From the NCBI RefSeq assembly GCF_035594765.1, contig NC_085844.1:92767923-92831922 (forward strand): 64,000 bases of DNA, given 5' to 3'. Positions within the stretch are counted from its first letter, which is position 1; each line of letters begins with the position of its first letter. Positions 39,401-61,432 of this stretch are shown here, one piece after another. The translations under genes and the position numbers were made by a program. The notes under the pieces are model-generated. The model was not told the origin of the DNA. It ran no database searches and saw only the letters and a list, made by a program, of their open reading frames with translations. The DNA comes from Anolis carolinensis (taxonomy: Eukaryota).

Positions 39401-41609
39401 CAAGTAGAAGCCAGGACAATGCTTCCCACAAAATACAGGGTGTTTGAAAAAGAACTCCCTTGTTTTAAGTATAAATACATTAAAACTTGGGAGTTCTTTT
39501 TCAAACACTCTATATTATTCGCTGCTCAGCACCACCTATATTTCCCCAAGAAGCTATTACCATTACCGTAACCCCTCCTCTAAAGGATGGTCCACCACAC
39601 TTTTCTCATTTTGATCTGTCTGGATAGGTGCATATATCCTTCATTTTGATTTTGTTTTGTTTTAAATGACTCTGCTCTTTACTTTTGGAAACAAAGACCA
39701 TGATGATATATAAAAAATGCCTTAGTTTACAACTTGACAGTCCAATTCTCCATTTTAAAAACCCCACTGAAATTATACAAAGAACAGATACAAAACTCAG
39801 CAGAAGGAGTGTGACTGGTGAATACTGAGAGACCTGCAAGGCTTTTTGCTTCTGACAAAAGTGTGAATCTACACTGCAGTTATTGCAGATTTTTTAAACA
39901 TTAATTTTAAACACGTGCCCTTTGTTCGGCAGTGGAACTCTTTGCCTTGGAGTGTGGTGGAATCTCCCTTCCTTGGAAGCTTTTAAGCAGAAGCTGGATA
40001 GTCATCTGTTAGGGGTGCTTTGATTGTTCTTTTCTTGCATGGCAGGTGGTTGGACTAGATGGCCCATGTGGTCTCCTCCAACTCTATGATTCTATGGCAG
40101 TTAAACTGGCCTCCAACCGCATTAATTCTACAGCACACACACACACACACTCTAAAATACCAAAAGCATAATCCAACGTTTTTCAATCAAAGAACACTGG
40201 GTTTGGGAGCTTTGAACTGGAGGCAGTGTAAACTCAGGCCCCTTCTACACTGCCATAAAATCCACATTATCATATCTGATTATCCACATTATCTCCCTTA
40301 AACTGAATTATATGAATCTACACTGCCATATAATCTAGTTCAAAGCAGATAATCTGGATTTTACATGGCAGTGTAGAAGGGGCCCTAGACTGCATCTTTT
40401 AGTATGAATTTTAAACTCATGTCGTGTGTTTTGGTCTCTGTCCTGTGTGATTAATGTATATTATATATAAATGCTTTGATCTGTATCTTTTATGTACATT
40501 ATTTTAATGTGTTTGTAGCATTTTTATAGTATTTGTGTGCTTTTAACTGTGCTGTGGCCCACCTCAAGCTGTGGAGATAATAATTTATTATTATTATTAT
40601 TATTCAGCCCTAACTACTTTAACAATTTAATGCAATCTCAGGGCCCTTCCACACAGCCATATAACACATAATACCAAAGCGGATAATCCACAATATCTGC
40701 TTTGGACTGGATTATTGTATAATTATTTTCTAATCTGTATTAGATATGGCTATGTCTATGATGGTGCATGTTATCTTTTTGCTTTTTATATGTTGTTCTC
40801 TGCTTTGAGTTCCAAGCTGGTAGAAAAGCGGGATAGAAGGAATAAATAAATAATAATATATTGAGTCTACACTGCCATATTCAATGTGCATTTTATACAG
40901 CTGTGTGGAAGGGGCCTCAAATAGGCAGGAAAGAAAATGGGTTTGCCGTGCAGAAGGTTGTTCAGGAAATCCTGGAAGTAGTTTGCGGCCTGGATGTCAC
41001 TTTTAAGCCTTCTTCGCCGCCCCCCCCCCCCCAGCTGTACAAAATTCACATTGTGGCCTCGGATAGTCCAATTCAAAGCAGATATTGTGGATTATTTGCC
41101 TTGATATTCTGTTATATAGCGGTGTGGAAGGACCCTGCCATATAATCCAATTCAAAGCAGATATTGTGGATGATCTGCCTTGACATTCTGGGTTATGTGG
41201 CGGCGTGGAAGGGCCCTTTGGCGCGCTTTTGCGAGCGTTTGTTGCCTGGCTGGCGCGGATGAGGCCTTCCTGCCCTCCCTTCCTGCTGCTCCTCCCGAGG
41301 CCTCACCTTGAAGTAGATTTCGTCGACTACCTCGTGGTAGGTCTTGAGCTCGTAGAGCTGCACCTTGAAGTAGGGTGAGGAGAGGATGTTAGTGAGGATC
41401 ATGGGGTTGAGGTTCATGGTCTTCTCGTTCCCCCACAGAGGCAGGACGTTGCCTTGCTTGCCGGAGGCCGCCGGCTTGGGGCCCGCGCTCTGGAGCTGGA
41501 GCGGTGGCGGCGAGAGAACGGCTCCGGCCGGCGGCCCGGCCGGCTGTTGCTGCTGCGGAGGGGGCTGGTGGCAGTTGCCGGCGCCTAGCACGGGGCAGTT
41601 GTTCGCCAT
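29571..41609 (-). CDS. PRPF38B: Pre-mRNA-splicing factor 38B, 6 coding exons, 553 aa
   Basis: complement(join(41307-41609,34244-34312,33016-33167,32875-32935,31142-31365,29571-30423))=1662 nt; PRP38 domain (LPLWGNEKTMNLNPMILTNILSSPYFK...SPYIRALGFMYIRYTQPP) plus RS/RE-rich tail; all GT-AG. Confidence 0.97.
31142..31365 (-). CDS. PRPF38B: PRPF38B coding exon 5
   Basis: DLDVKAGGGCVMTIGEMLRSFLTKLEWFSTLFPRIPVPVQK...ERRRS; 224 nt; weak donor GTTATA. Confidence 0.93.
31932..32079. other. Assembly gap (N run)
   Basis: 148 N in PRPF38B intron 4. Confidence 1.
32875..32935 (-). CDS. PRPF38B: PRPF38B coding exon 4
   Basis: YTQPPTDLWDWFESFLDDEE; 61 nt. Confidence 0.95.
33016..33167 (-). CDS. PRPF38B: PRPF38B coding exon 3
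   Basis: VRGVGTGGIVSTAFCLLYKLFTLKLTRKQ...GFMYI; 152 nt. Confidence 0.95.
34244..34312 (-). CDS. PRPF38B: PRPF38B coding exon 2
   Basis: VTHVEPWEKGSRKTAGQTGMCGG; 69 nt, AG/GTAAGT. Confidence 0.95.
39915..40096 (+). mobile_element. CR1 LINE 3' fragment
   Basis: CAGTGGAACTC...GGAAGCTTTTAAGCAGA...CTCCAACTCTATGATTCTATG tail. Confidence 0.75.
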
Positions 41610-41900
41610 GGGAGAGGCGGGCAAGGGTCCACTCCGGCCGGGGAAAAAAACGGGCTCCCGTCTCAGCGAGCGCCTCCAACCGCCGACAAGATGGCGGCTG
41701 GCGCGGAAATGAGGCTCAGGGCCTTCCGCTCCCGAGGCGACCAATCGTGGCGGTGCTCGAGCAAAAGGGGGCGGGGCTAGGCCTCGGAATGGCTCCAACG
41801 GTTGCCTCAGAGCGGAGGCGCGCGAGGCCAGCGACGGAGGCAGAGCTGTGACGCGCCTGCGAAAGGAGAGAGGCAGAAGGGGGAGATGTTCCCACAACAC
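41220..41900. promoter_or_regulatory. CpG island / PRPF38B promoter
   Basis: GC and CpG rich; YY1-like CAAGATGGCGGC (41687-41698), ETS-like GCGGAAAT, CCAAT box (41741), GC box GGGGCGGGG (about 41768). Confidence 0.85.
41307..41609 (-). CDS. PRPF38B: PRPF38B coding exon 1
   Basis: MANNCPVLG...YHEVVDEIYFK, donor GTGAGG. Confidence 0.95.
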
Positions 41901-42472
41901 CCACACGCAGCTTTCCCTGCTTCCTGTGGCCATTTTCGAAAGAGCTGCATTACACCCAGTGCAGCCAAGTACCTCTGGGCCCTTCCACACAGCCTTATAA
42001 CCCAGAATATCAAGGTAGAAAACCCCACAATACCTGCTTTGAACTGGGTTATCTGAGTCCACACTGCCAGAAAATGTGGAATTTTCTGCCTTGATATTCT
42101 GGATTATATGGCTGTGTGGAAAGGCCCTCTGATAGAGGGCACAGTTACACACTGTAGAATTAATGTGTAGTTTGGTGACGTACCAGCAGTCTGGCAGAGA
42201 AGGCTTAAGGTCTTGTAAAACTTGGGGCCATTTTACACTGCCATATAAAATCCAGATTACCTTCTTTGAACTGGATTATATGGCAGTGTAGACTCATATA
42301 ATCCAGTTCAAAGCAGACATTCTGGATTATTTGAGTTGATAATTGAGTGCTGTATTATATGACAGCATAGAGGGCTTCAGGATGGATCTACACTGCCATA
42401 TAATCCAGATGATCAAAGCAGATAATTCACATCTGCTTGGAACTGCATTATATGAAGTCCCATCTATGCTGC

Positions 42473-43223
42473 TGCTCAGTCATTTAGTCGTCTCCGACTC
42501 TTCGTGACCCTGTCGGCTCCCTGTCGGCTGTCACTGCGCCCAGTTCCTTCAAGGTCAAGCCAGTCACTTCAAAGATACCGTCCATCCATCTTGCCCTTGG
42601 TCGGCCTCTCTTCCTTTTTCCTTCTGTTTTCCCCAGCATCGTGATCTTTTCCAAGCTTTCCTGTCTCCTCATGATGTGGCCAAAATACTTCAGCTTTGCC
42701 TCTAATATCCTTCCCTCCAATGAGCAGCCGGGCATTATTTCCTGGAGGATGGACTGGTTGGATCTTCTTGCGGTCCAAGGCCCTCAGGATTTTCCTCCAG
42801 CACAAGAGTTCAAAAGCGTCTATCTTCCTTCGTTCAGCCTTCCTTACGGTCCAGGTCTCGCATCCATAGGTTACTATGGGGAATACCATTGCTTTGACTA
42901 TGCGGACCTTCGTTGCCAGTGTAATGTCTCTGCTCTTCACTATTTTGTCAAGGTTGGCCATTGCTCTCCTCCCAAGAAGTAAACGTCTTCTGATTTCCTG
43001 GCTGCAGTCTGCATCTGCAGTGATCTTCGCGCCTAGAAATATAAAGTCTGTCACTGCCTCCACGTTTTCTCCCTCTTATTTGCCAGTTATCAATAGCTGT
43101 AGTTGCCATGATCTTGGTTTTCTTGGCATTTAACTGCAACCCAGCTTTTGCACTTTCTTCTTTCACCTAGGTGATAAGGCTCCTCAGCTTTCGGCCATCA
43201 GAGTGGTATCATCTGCATACCTG
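42473..43223 (-). mobile_element. Bov-B (RTE clade) LINE, 5'-truncated
   Basis: YADDTTL RT motif at about 43200, KEESAKAGLQLN, VFPIVTYGCETWT, LKYFGHIMRR, GKRKRGRPRARWMD; frameshifts; 12-bp TSD CATCTATGCTGC (42461-42472 and 43224-43235). Confidence 0.93.
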
Positions 43224-44523
43224 CATCTATGCTGCCATATAAAATCCCAATTATCTGCTTTGAACTGATTTATATGCCAGTGTACACTCGGATAATCTAG
43301 TTCAAAGCAGATAATGTGGGTTATTTGCTTTGATCATCTGAATTATATGGCAGTGTAGGGGGCCTAAGGATGTATTTACACTATCATACAATCCAGATTA
43401 TCAAATCAGATAATCTATGTCTGATTTGAACAGGATTATATGAGGCCTCATCTACACTGCCAGATAAAATTCAGATTATCTGCTTTGAACTGGATTATAT
43501 GGCAGTGTAGAAGGAGCTTCATATGATCCAGTTGAAAGCAGATCATGTGGATGATCTGCTTTTGAGCATTTGGATTATATAGCAGTTTAGAAGGGGACAG
43601 GCCCCATCCACACTGCCAGATTAAATCCAGGTTATCTGCTTTGAATTGAATTAGATGACCGTGTAAACTAAAATAACCCAGTTCAGGGTAAATAATCTGC
43701 ATTTTATCTGACAGTTCAGGTGGGGCCTCTGTCTACACTGCCATATAATCCGGGTCAAAGCATTTAGTCTGGATTTTATATGGCAGTGTAGATGGGGTCT
43801 TACTAAAACCTTGGAAGGCCACAAGACCTTGTGAAACTACCCCCCCCCCCCCACACACACACACACCCCTGTCTCCATGACAGTTCAAGTGGTGTACAGC
43901 TGCATTAACCCAGCATGCTTAGAAAATAGTTTGAATCCCTATTCAGCCATGGACATTTACTGGTTGATCATATACAAGTCACACACTCTCAGCTACAGAG
44001 GAAGGCAAAGGCAAACCTCTTCTGAACATATCTTGCTAAGGAAACCCAGGTTTGTATTCAGTTTTTCCTCTGGTTGGAAAGAAGTCGAAGGTACACAACA
44101 ACAACAACAACAAACTGGCCAAACCATATCTTGAAAATTACTTGCCTGAGAAAACCCAATTAAATTCACTGAGTTGGCAGATATCAACTGGCAATCTGAG
44201 GGCACATACACACATATGCAACAAAGTAGTAGTATTAATAAATACCTTCAATGTTTTCTGTGGCATAGACTTTGGTGGACTTCAGCACCCTTCTTCAGAT
44301 GGATCGAATGAACTTGACAGAAGTCCACCAAAGCATATGCCAAAGTCCTGAACTTCTCACAAGTCTGTTATTTTCGTTGCAGCTGAATAGTATGGTTGCT
44401 TCCTTTACTCCGCCCCCCCTCAGAACTTTAGCAGCATCAACCCATCCCGTGAAAGCAAGCTCTCTTGACATAGTATGCAATATAATGAATGCGCTGAACT
44501 TTTTTTGCATGTCGTTCATAATA

Positions 44524-44645
44524 CAGTAGAGTCTCGCTTATCCAACATAAACAAGCTGGCAGACCATTGGATAAGTGAAAATGTTGGATAATAAGGAGGG
44601 ATTAAGCAAAAGCCTATTAAATGTAAAATTACGTTGTGATTTTAT
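44524..44645 (+). mobile_element. Family A MITE, truncated
   Basis: Left TIR CAGTAGAGTCTCGCTTATCCAAC and first ~120 bp only. Confidence 0.8.
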
Positions 44646-44652
44646 ACAGATA

Positions 44653-45265
44653 CAGGCAATTCCCGAGACATAAGACTTACATCCAACTCATAGTTAGAGA
44701 TGGGGTGACACAAGAGAAAGTGAGAGGAAATTTACCTCTTGGAAGGAAAATTCACTCCTGGAAGAGTTATCATGGGGAAAAGGTATTTTCACAAAAGCCT
44801 TATCACCAATCCTTGTTTTCACAACAAGCCTAGCACAGCAGGTTAAACTGCCAGCTACAGAAGATCTTGCCGACCAGAAGGTTGGCAGTTCAAACCTCAG
44901 GTCGGGGTGAGCTCCTGCTGTTAGCAATAGCTTCTGCTTACCTAGCAATGTGAGTAGATAAATAGGTACTGCTTTGGTGGGGAGGTAAAAGGCACTCCTG
45001 AAAACATGCTGGCATTTCGATCAGGAAAGCTTCCATGGACAACAGGCTCCTCAGCATGGAAAAATGAAACAACAGCACCTCTCCATGGCTGAGTTGAGCA
45101 CAGCATCCAGATGCCGGAGATGAAAAAAAAGGGAAGCCTTGCCTCTGCTTATGTACTGTCTGCCTTGTTATCAATTGTATAATGACACCGAATTTTTGCC
45201 ATATATGTACCCTGTAATCTGCTCTGAGTCTCCTCGGGGAGATACTGCGGAATAGAAATACAGCA

Positions 45266-45314
<49 letters not shown>

Positions 45315-45524
45315 TCAAAATCCAATTATCACAGGGACAGAAAGTGAACTGAAGTCTGCTGAACAGCACAGACAGCAAAAGAAACATTGCAGGGATGTTA
45401 ACCATTCCCGCTATGGTATGCAAAAGTTTTGGCTTGAGTTAAACTTACTAAATGTACCTGTTCCAACTTCAACTTGAGAAAAAAACTTACACATCCATCT
45501 TGTACGTCACCTCGGGGTTACCTG
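44653..45524. mobile_element. Family B MITE interrupted by a SINE (about 44830-45313) ending in (TTA)n
   Basis: MITE sequence stops at CACAACAAGCC and resumes at TTCAAAATCCAATTATC; the insert has a Sauria-like tRNA-derived head and microsatellite tail. Confidence 0.75.
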
Positions 45525-46269
45525 TACTAGTTTTCTGCATGTATGTGTGTTGTATTATATATGATGAGGGTGATGCAAGTTGTAGTCCAGTATCTAGAGC
45601 ACAACTTTCAAAACATTTAATGTTGGTAACACACTTTTTCAAAATCCATCATTTCGTGACACAGTTATTCAGTTTTACCAGCAAACTAGAGGTTAATCCA
45701 ATTCCTTATAAGAGATACAGACACATACATAAATTGTAATTACTAAATGTGTGGGGACACAACATATCTCATTAAAACCTTTTATTTATGTTTTTAAATA
45801 TATTATTTATTACTTATTTCATATAGACTCAAAGGTTTCTCATTTTGTGTCGCACACCTACATACTGTAGCTGACACACTAATGCGTTGCGATACACATT
45901 TTGGAAAGCTCTGATGTAGAGGACTATTACCAACAACCCTAGCCAGCATAGCTATTCTGGGGAATAGCACATAGGAGTAATCCACCATAGTTGGTTTCTC
46001 CTACACACCAAACCAGTTTGGGCACAACAACATTCTTTTTCCATTGAAGCCATTTGCTCTTTCTTCCTTCTCCAACAGTATCATGGGTTCATACCAGTAA
46101 TAAATTTCAAAAAGAGTTGTTATAACTTGAATAACCCATCTAAGTGTGCAAATAGACACGGTAAGAAGAACATCAAGCCTATCAGAGAAAATAAAAATAA
46201 AATGCAAGGTAACAACTTTAGTGAAGTCAGGAAGAACATTATAGATGGATCTGGCCCAAGTGATGGGTT

Positions 46270-46756
46270 TGTTAGCGCCCACTATTCAGTTAGTGACCTA
46301 AGAAGATTTCATACCAGACTTCTCAAATGGTTTCTATTACGGCATGTAATAGATCTGTTAATGTGTGTGTGTCAACTGCAAAAATAAGATGCGTGAAGCT
46401 TATTGGTTGAGCCATGTCTGGAGAGTTGGTTAAGCCTGGGATTTGTTGATACTGTTGCATTTCTGTTCAGCCTTGAGCTATGCAGGTGCAGAGTTTGAAG
46501 AGAGAAGCAATGCGAGACACACAGATTTTGAAGTGTGCTCTTGCTTCATAAACTGCTGAAGGGATTTATCCACCTGAACAAAGGAAAGACTATTTTAGAT
46601 CTCTCATGAAAGGACGTTATGTGAGTTGGTGCAACTGATCACATCGTACATATGTTGTTCTGGATTTAAGAAGAATAAATTACTTGTTCTTTATTGTTCA
46701 CCGGCATGGCACACACATATTTTCTTTTTCTGGCAAGGCAGTGTGTGGGCTGATCA
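46270..46756 (+). mobile_element. Possible solo LTR
   Basis: TG...CA ends with loose inverted termini, ATTGG (CCAAT) box and AATAAA near the 3' end; no clear TSD. Confidence 0.35.
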
Positions 46757-47197
46757 AACGTAGAATACACATTTTGATTTTTCATTCCATCATAGTTTCT
46801 GCTACCACATCAGTTGGTAAATGGCGGAAAGAAAATATTATTTGACTCTTCCTGTTCAATAGACAGATGATTTAAAGTGGTGACTAGTGGATGACAATTT
46901 GAGTGCAGGAGTCCCAGTAAGGTTACAGACAATATTATAGTTATGACAGATGCAAGCCATTCAGGTTGGAGAGCACACTGTGGAAACGACAGTTTAGGAA
47001 TCATTGAAAACATCGCACAAATGATACAATACAATTAAATGTTCCAGGCTGAAAGCAGGATGGCTTGCATTAATGAGATTCCATAGTGAAGGATCAAAAC
47101 GTGTGTATACAGACAGAGGATATGCTATAAATCAATATGACAGAGGATATGCTATAAATCAAGGGGCTCTGATACCATTGCTCTAAATCACAGAGGC

Positions 47198-47529
47198 TGG
47201 AGTCCCGCCGTGGCGCAGCGGATTGAACCACTGAGCTGCTGAACTTGCTGACCGAAAGGTTGCTGGTTTGAATCCAGGGAGCGAGGTGCGCTCCCGCTGT
47301 TAGCCCCAGCTTCTGCCAACCTAGCAGTTCGAAAACATGCAAATGTGAGTAGATCAATAGGTACCGCTCTGGCAGGAAGGTAACAGCGCTCCATGTAGTT
47401 ATGCTGGCCACATGACCTTGGAGGCGTCTACGGACAATGCTGGCTCTTCTGCTTAGAAATAGAGATGAGCACCAATCCCCAGAGTTGGACATGACTGGAC
47501 TTCCAGGGAGAAACTTTACTTTTACCTTT
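47198..47529 (+). mobile_element. Sauria SINE
   Basis: GTGGCGCAG tRNA-like head, ACCTTT-type tail, 8-bp TSD ACAGAGGC. Confidence 0.9.
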
Positions 47530-47859
47530 ACAGAGGCCAACTCACTGTTTTGTTGGGCTGAAAAGCATTTGGCAGAGTACATTTGAGGCAAATTGAATCT
47601 TTAGGCCATTTATTTAAACAGACATGCAGTTCACCCAGAGTCCTTCCACACAACCATATAACCCAAAATATCAAGGCAGAAAATCCCACAATATCTGCTT
47701 TGAACTGGGTTATCTGAGTCCACACTGTCATATTTTCCAGTTCAAAGCAGAAAACATGGGAAAAGCCAATTGGTGGGAAGCTGAAATCCTGCTCATATTT
47801 CTTTTAATAGCCTGCTATTTTTTATACCAGGAGCTGTGGCCTATACATAGCAGAAGAAG

Positions 47860-48040
47860 GAACTGGCAAAGGCACCTTTAAGGAGCCTTGGCCTAAGGAA
47901 AGACCTAAGGCCTGGGATCCGCCTTCCTGGGCGGAGCAGAGCCTGAGGCAAAGGAGAGGGAGCCTTCGAGGAGGAGAGCTGGAGGCCTTTGGGGAGCAGG
48001 CCGCGAGGGACGAGGTTAAAGGCTATTTATGGTCAAGGTT
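47860..48040 (+). promoter_or_regulatory. Small GC-rich patch, candidate HENMT1 promoter / non-coding first exon
   Basis: Local GC and CpG rise with GGGCGG box and candidate donors (GAG|GTTAAA, AAG|GTTAAG); first coding exon begins at an acceptor so an upstream exon is needed. Confidence 0.4.
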
Positions 48041-48407
48041 AAGGCAATTGTAACTTCCTGCCCATGGGGGAGAGTGGGGGGAGCCCAGTAGTAGCACTTG
48101 GGGGGTAATGTGGTGTGTCAGTGCCACTCTTTGGAGGCCTTGTAAGGGGAGCAACATGAGGGCCTTGTTCCCCTGTCAGACTGTTGCCTTCCATTCCATT
48201 TGCAGGCCCCAAATTGCAAGCACTGAGCACACCTAGAACTGGGTTGCTGTGATTTTTCCGGGCTGTATGGCCATGTTCCAGAAGCATTCCAGTTACCACT
48301 AACTCTGTGAAAACATTTCTGGACATTTTTGTAAGCCATGTTAATTAAATTCACCAGCTGTCTGTTCACAACAGGTGCAATGCCTGAGCAGGGTGTTAAA
48401 AGTGATA

Positions 48408-48798
48408 CAGTAGAGTCTCACTTATCCAACATAAACGGGCCGGCAGAATGTTGGATAAGCGAATATGTTGGATAATAAGGAGGGATTAAGGAAAAGCCTA
48501 TTAAACATCAAATTAGGTTATGATTTTACAAATGAAGCACCAAAACATCATGTTATACAACAAATTTGACAGAAAAAGTAGTTCAATATGCAGTAATGCT
48601 ATGTAGAAAAAGTAGTTCAATATGCAGTAATGCTATGTAGAAAAAGTAGTTCAATACGCAGTAATGCTATGTAGTAATTACTGTATTTACGAATTTAGCA
48701 CCAAAATATCATGATATATTGAAAGCATTGACTACAAAAATGCATTGGATAATCCAGAACGTTGGATAAACGAGTGTTGGATAAGTGAGATTCTACTG
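48408..48798 (+). mobile_element. Family A MITE with an internal 34-bp triplication
   Basis: Both TIRs plus TA flanks; AGAAAAAGTAGTTCAATATGCAGTAATGCTATGT three times at 48571-48672. Confidence 0.9.
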
Positions 48799-48918
48799 TA
48801 TTTCTTCTCTGTTGCAGGCCATTTATGTTATAACTGTTAATAATTTGTGAAGTAATGCTGCATGAGATTTTTTATTCAGAGATATTGTCTTTGATTTCTG
48901 TATGGTCACTTTCAAGTA

Positions 48919-49564
48919 CAGTAGAGTCTCACTTATCCAACATAAACGGGCCGGCAGAATGTTGGATAAGCGAATATGCTGGATAATTAGGAGGCATTAA
49001 GGAAAAGCCTATTAAACATCAAATTAGGTTATGATTTTACAAATGAAGCACCAAAACATCATGTTAGACAACAAATTTGGCAGAAAAAGTACAGTAGAGT
49101 CTTACTTATCCAAGCCTTGCTTATCCAAGCCTCTGGATAATCCAAACCATTTTTGTAGTCAATGTTTCCAATATATCGTGATATTTTGGTGCTAAATTCG
49201 TAAATACAGTAATTACAACATAACATTACTGCGTATTGAACTACTTTTTCTGTCAAATTTGTTGTATAACAGGATGTTTTGGTGCTTAATTTGTAAAATC
49301 AACCTAATTTGATGTTTAATAAGCGTTTCCTTGATCAGTCCTTATAATCCAAGATATTCGCTTATCCAAGCTTCTGCTGGCCCGTTTAGCTTGGATAAGT
49401 GAGACTCTACTGTAGTTCAATACACAGTAATGCTATGTAGTAATTACTGTATTTACGAATTTAGCACTAAAATATCACAATGTATTGAAAACATTGACTA
49501 CAAAAATGCGTTGGATAATCCAGAACGTTGGATAAGCGAGTGTTGGATAAGTGAGACTCTACTG
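48919..49564 (+). mobile_element. Family A MITE with a nested inverted family A copy (49092-49412)
   Basis: Outer and inner TIR pairs; inner copy flanked by duplicated TA; 646 = 323+321+2 bp. Confidence 0.92.
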
Positions 49565-49976
49565 TATATATACTTACTTAGGAATAAAATGCAGACCTTT
49601 TTAGCAGTCAAAATAATTATGTAGTGGGAAATATTGGTAGTACACACCTATTCCTGTAACAATCAATCAAACAATTTCAGTTGTGCATTAGCAATATAAT
49701 TTACATTAGATGATAATACTGCTGCTTGTATCAAGAATTGCAGTGCTACTCTATGAAGAAATTTGTCCACAATGTGAAAAAAAGTGAATATAGACAAAAA
49801 AAATGTTGTTGGCCAGAGCAACAACACATTCATTGTTGAGTTTTGAAACTTTGAAGAAGGTGGAATTCAACATGTAATATGTAATATAATGACATGTAAT
49901 AAGTTCCAATCTGCAAAAGAGTGGTTATGAATTGAGTATTTAAGGAGTCAAACCTTTGTTGATTTTAGCCTTGATC

Positions 49977-61384
<11,408 letters not shown>

Positions 61385-61432
61385 AATACTTGTACTTGTT
61401 CATTATTAGAAGAAATGTTAATAGAACACAGG

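Larger units (their letters stand above)
40236..43800. repeat. Cluster of about 10 palindromic Harbinger-like MITEs (family C) flanking the PRPF38B promoter
   Basis: Recurrent CTACACTGCCATATAATCCAG / ATCTGCTTTGAACTGG / TGGCAGTGTAG units; copy 41977-42127 has GGGCCCTTCCACACAGCC TIRs and a 3-bp TCT TSD. Confidence 0.8.

Noticed and set aside
41610-42152. N-terminal extension of PRPF38B implied by the 319-aa ORF
   Set aside because: Runs through the promoter and a MITE from a non-ATG start; MANN at 41609 matches the recalled start
40236-43800. Repeats with spacers resembling a CRISPR array
   Set aside because: Vertebrate DNA; units are palindromic MITEs with TIRs and TSDs, irregular spacing, no cas genes
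47112-47162. 27-bp direct duplication GACAGAGGATATGCTATAAATCAA
   Set aside because: Simple two-copy slippage with no functional context
47198-47290. tRNA-like sequence (also near 2900 and 53850)
   Set aside because: tRNA-derived heads of Sauria SINEs, not tRNA genes
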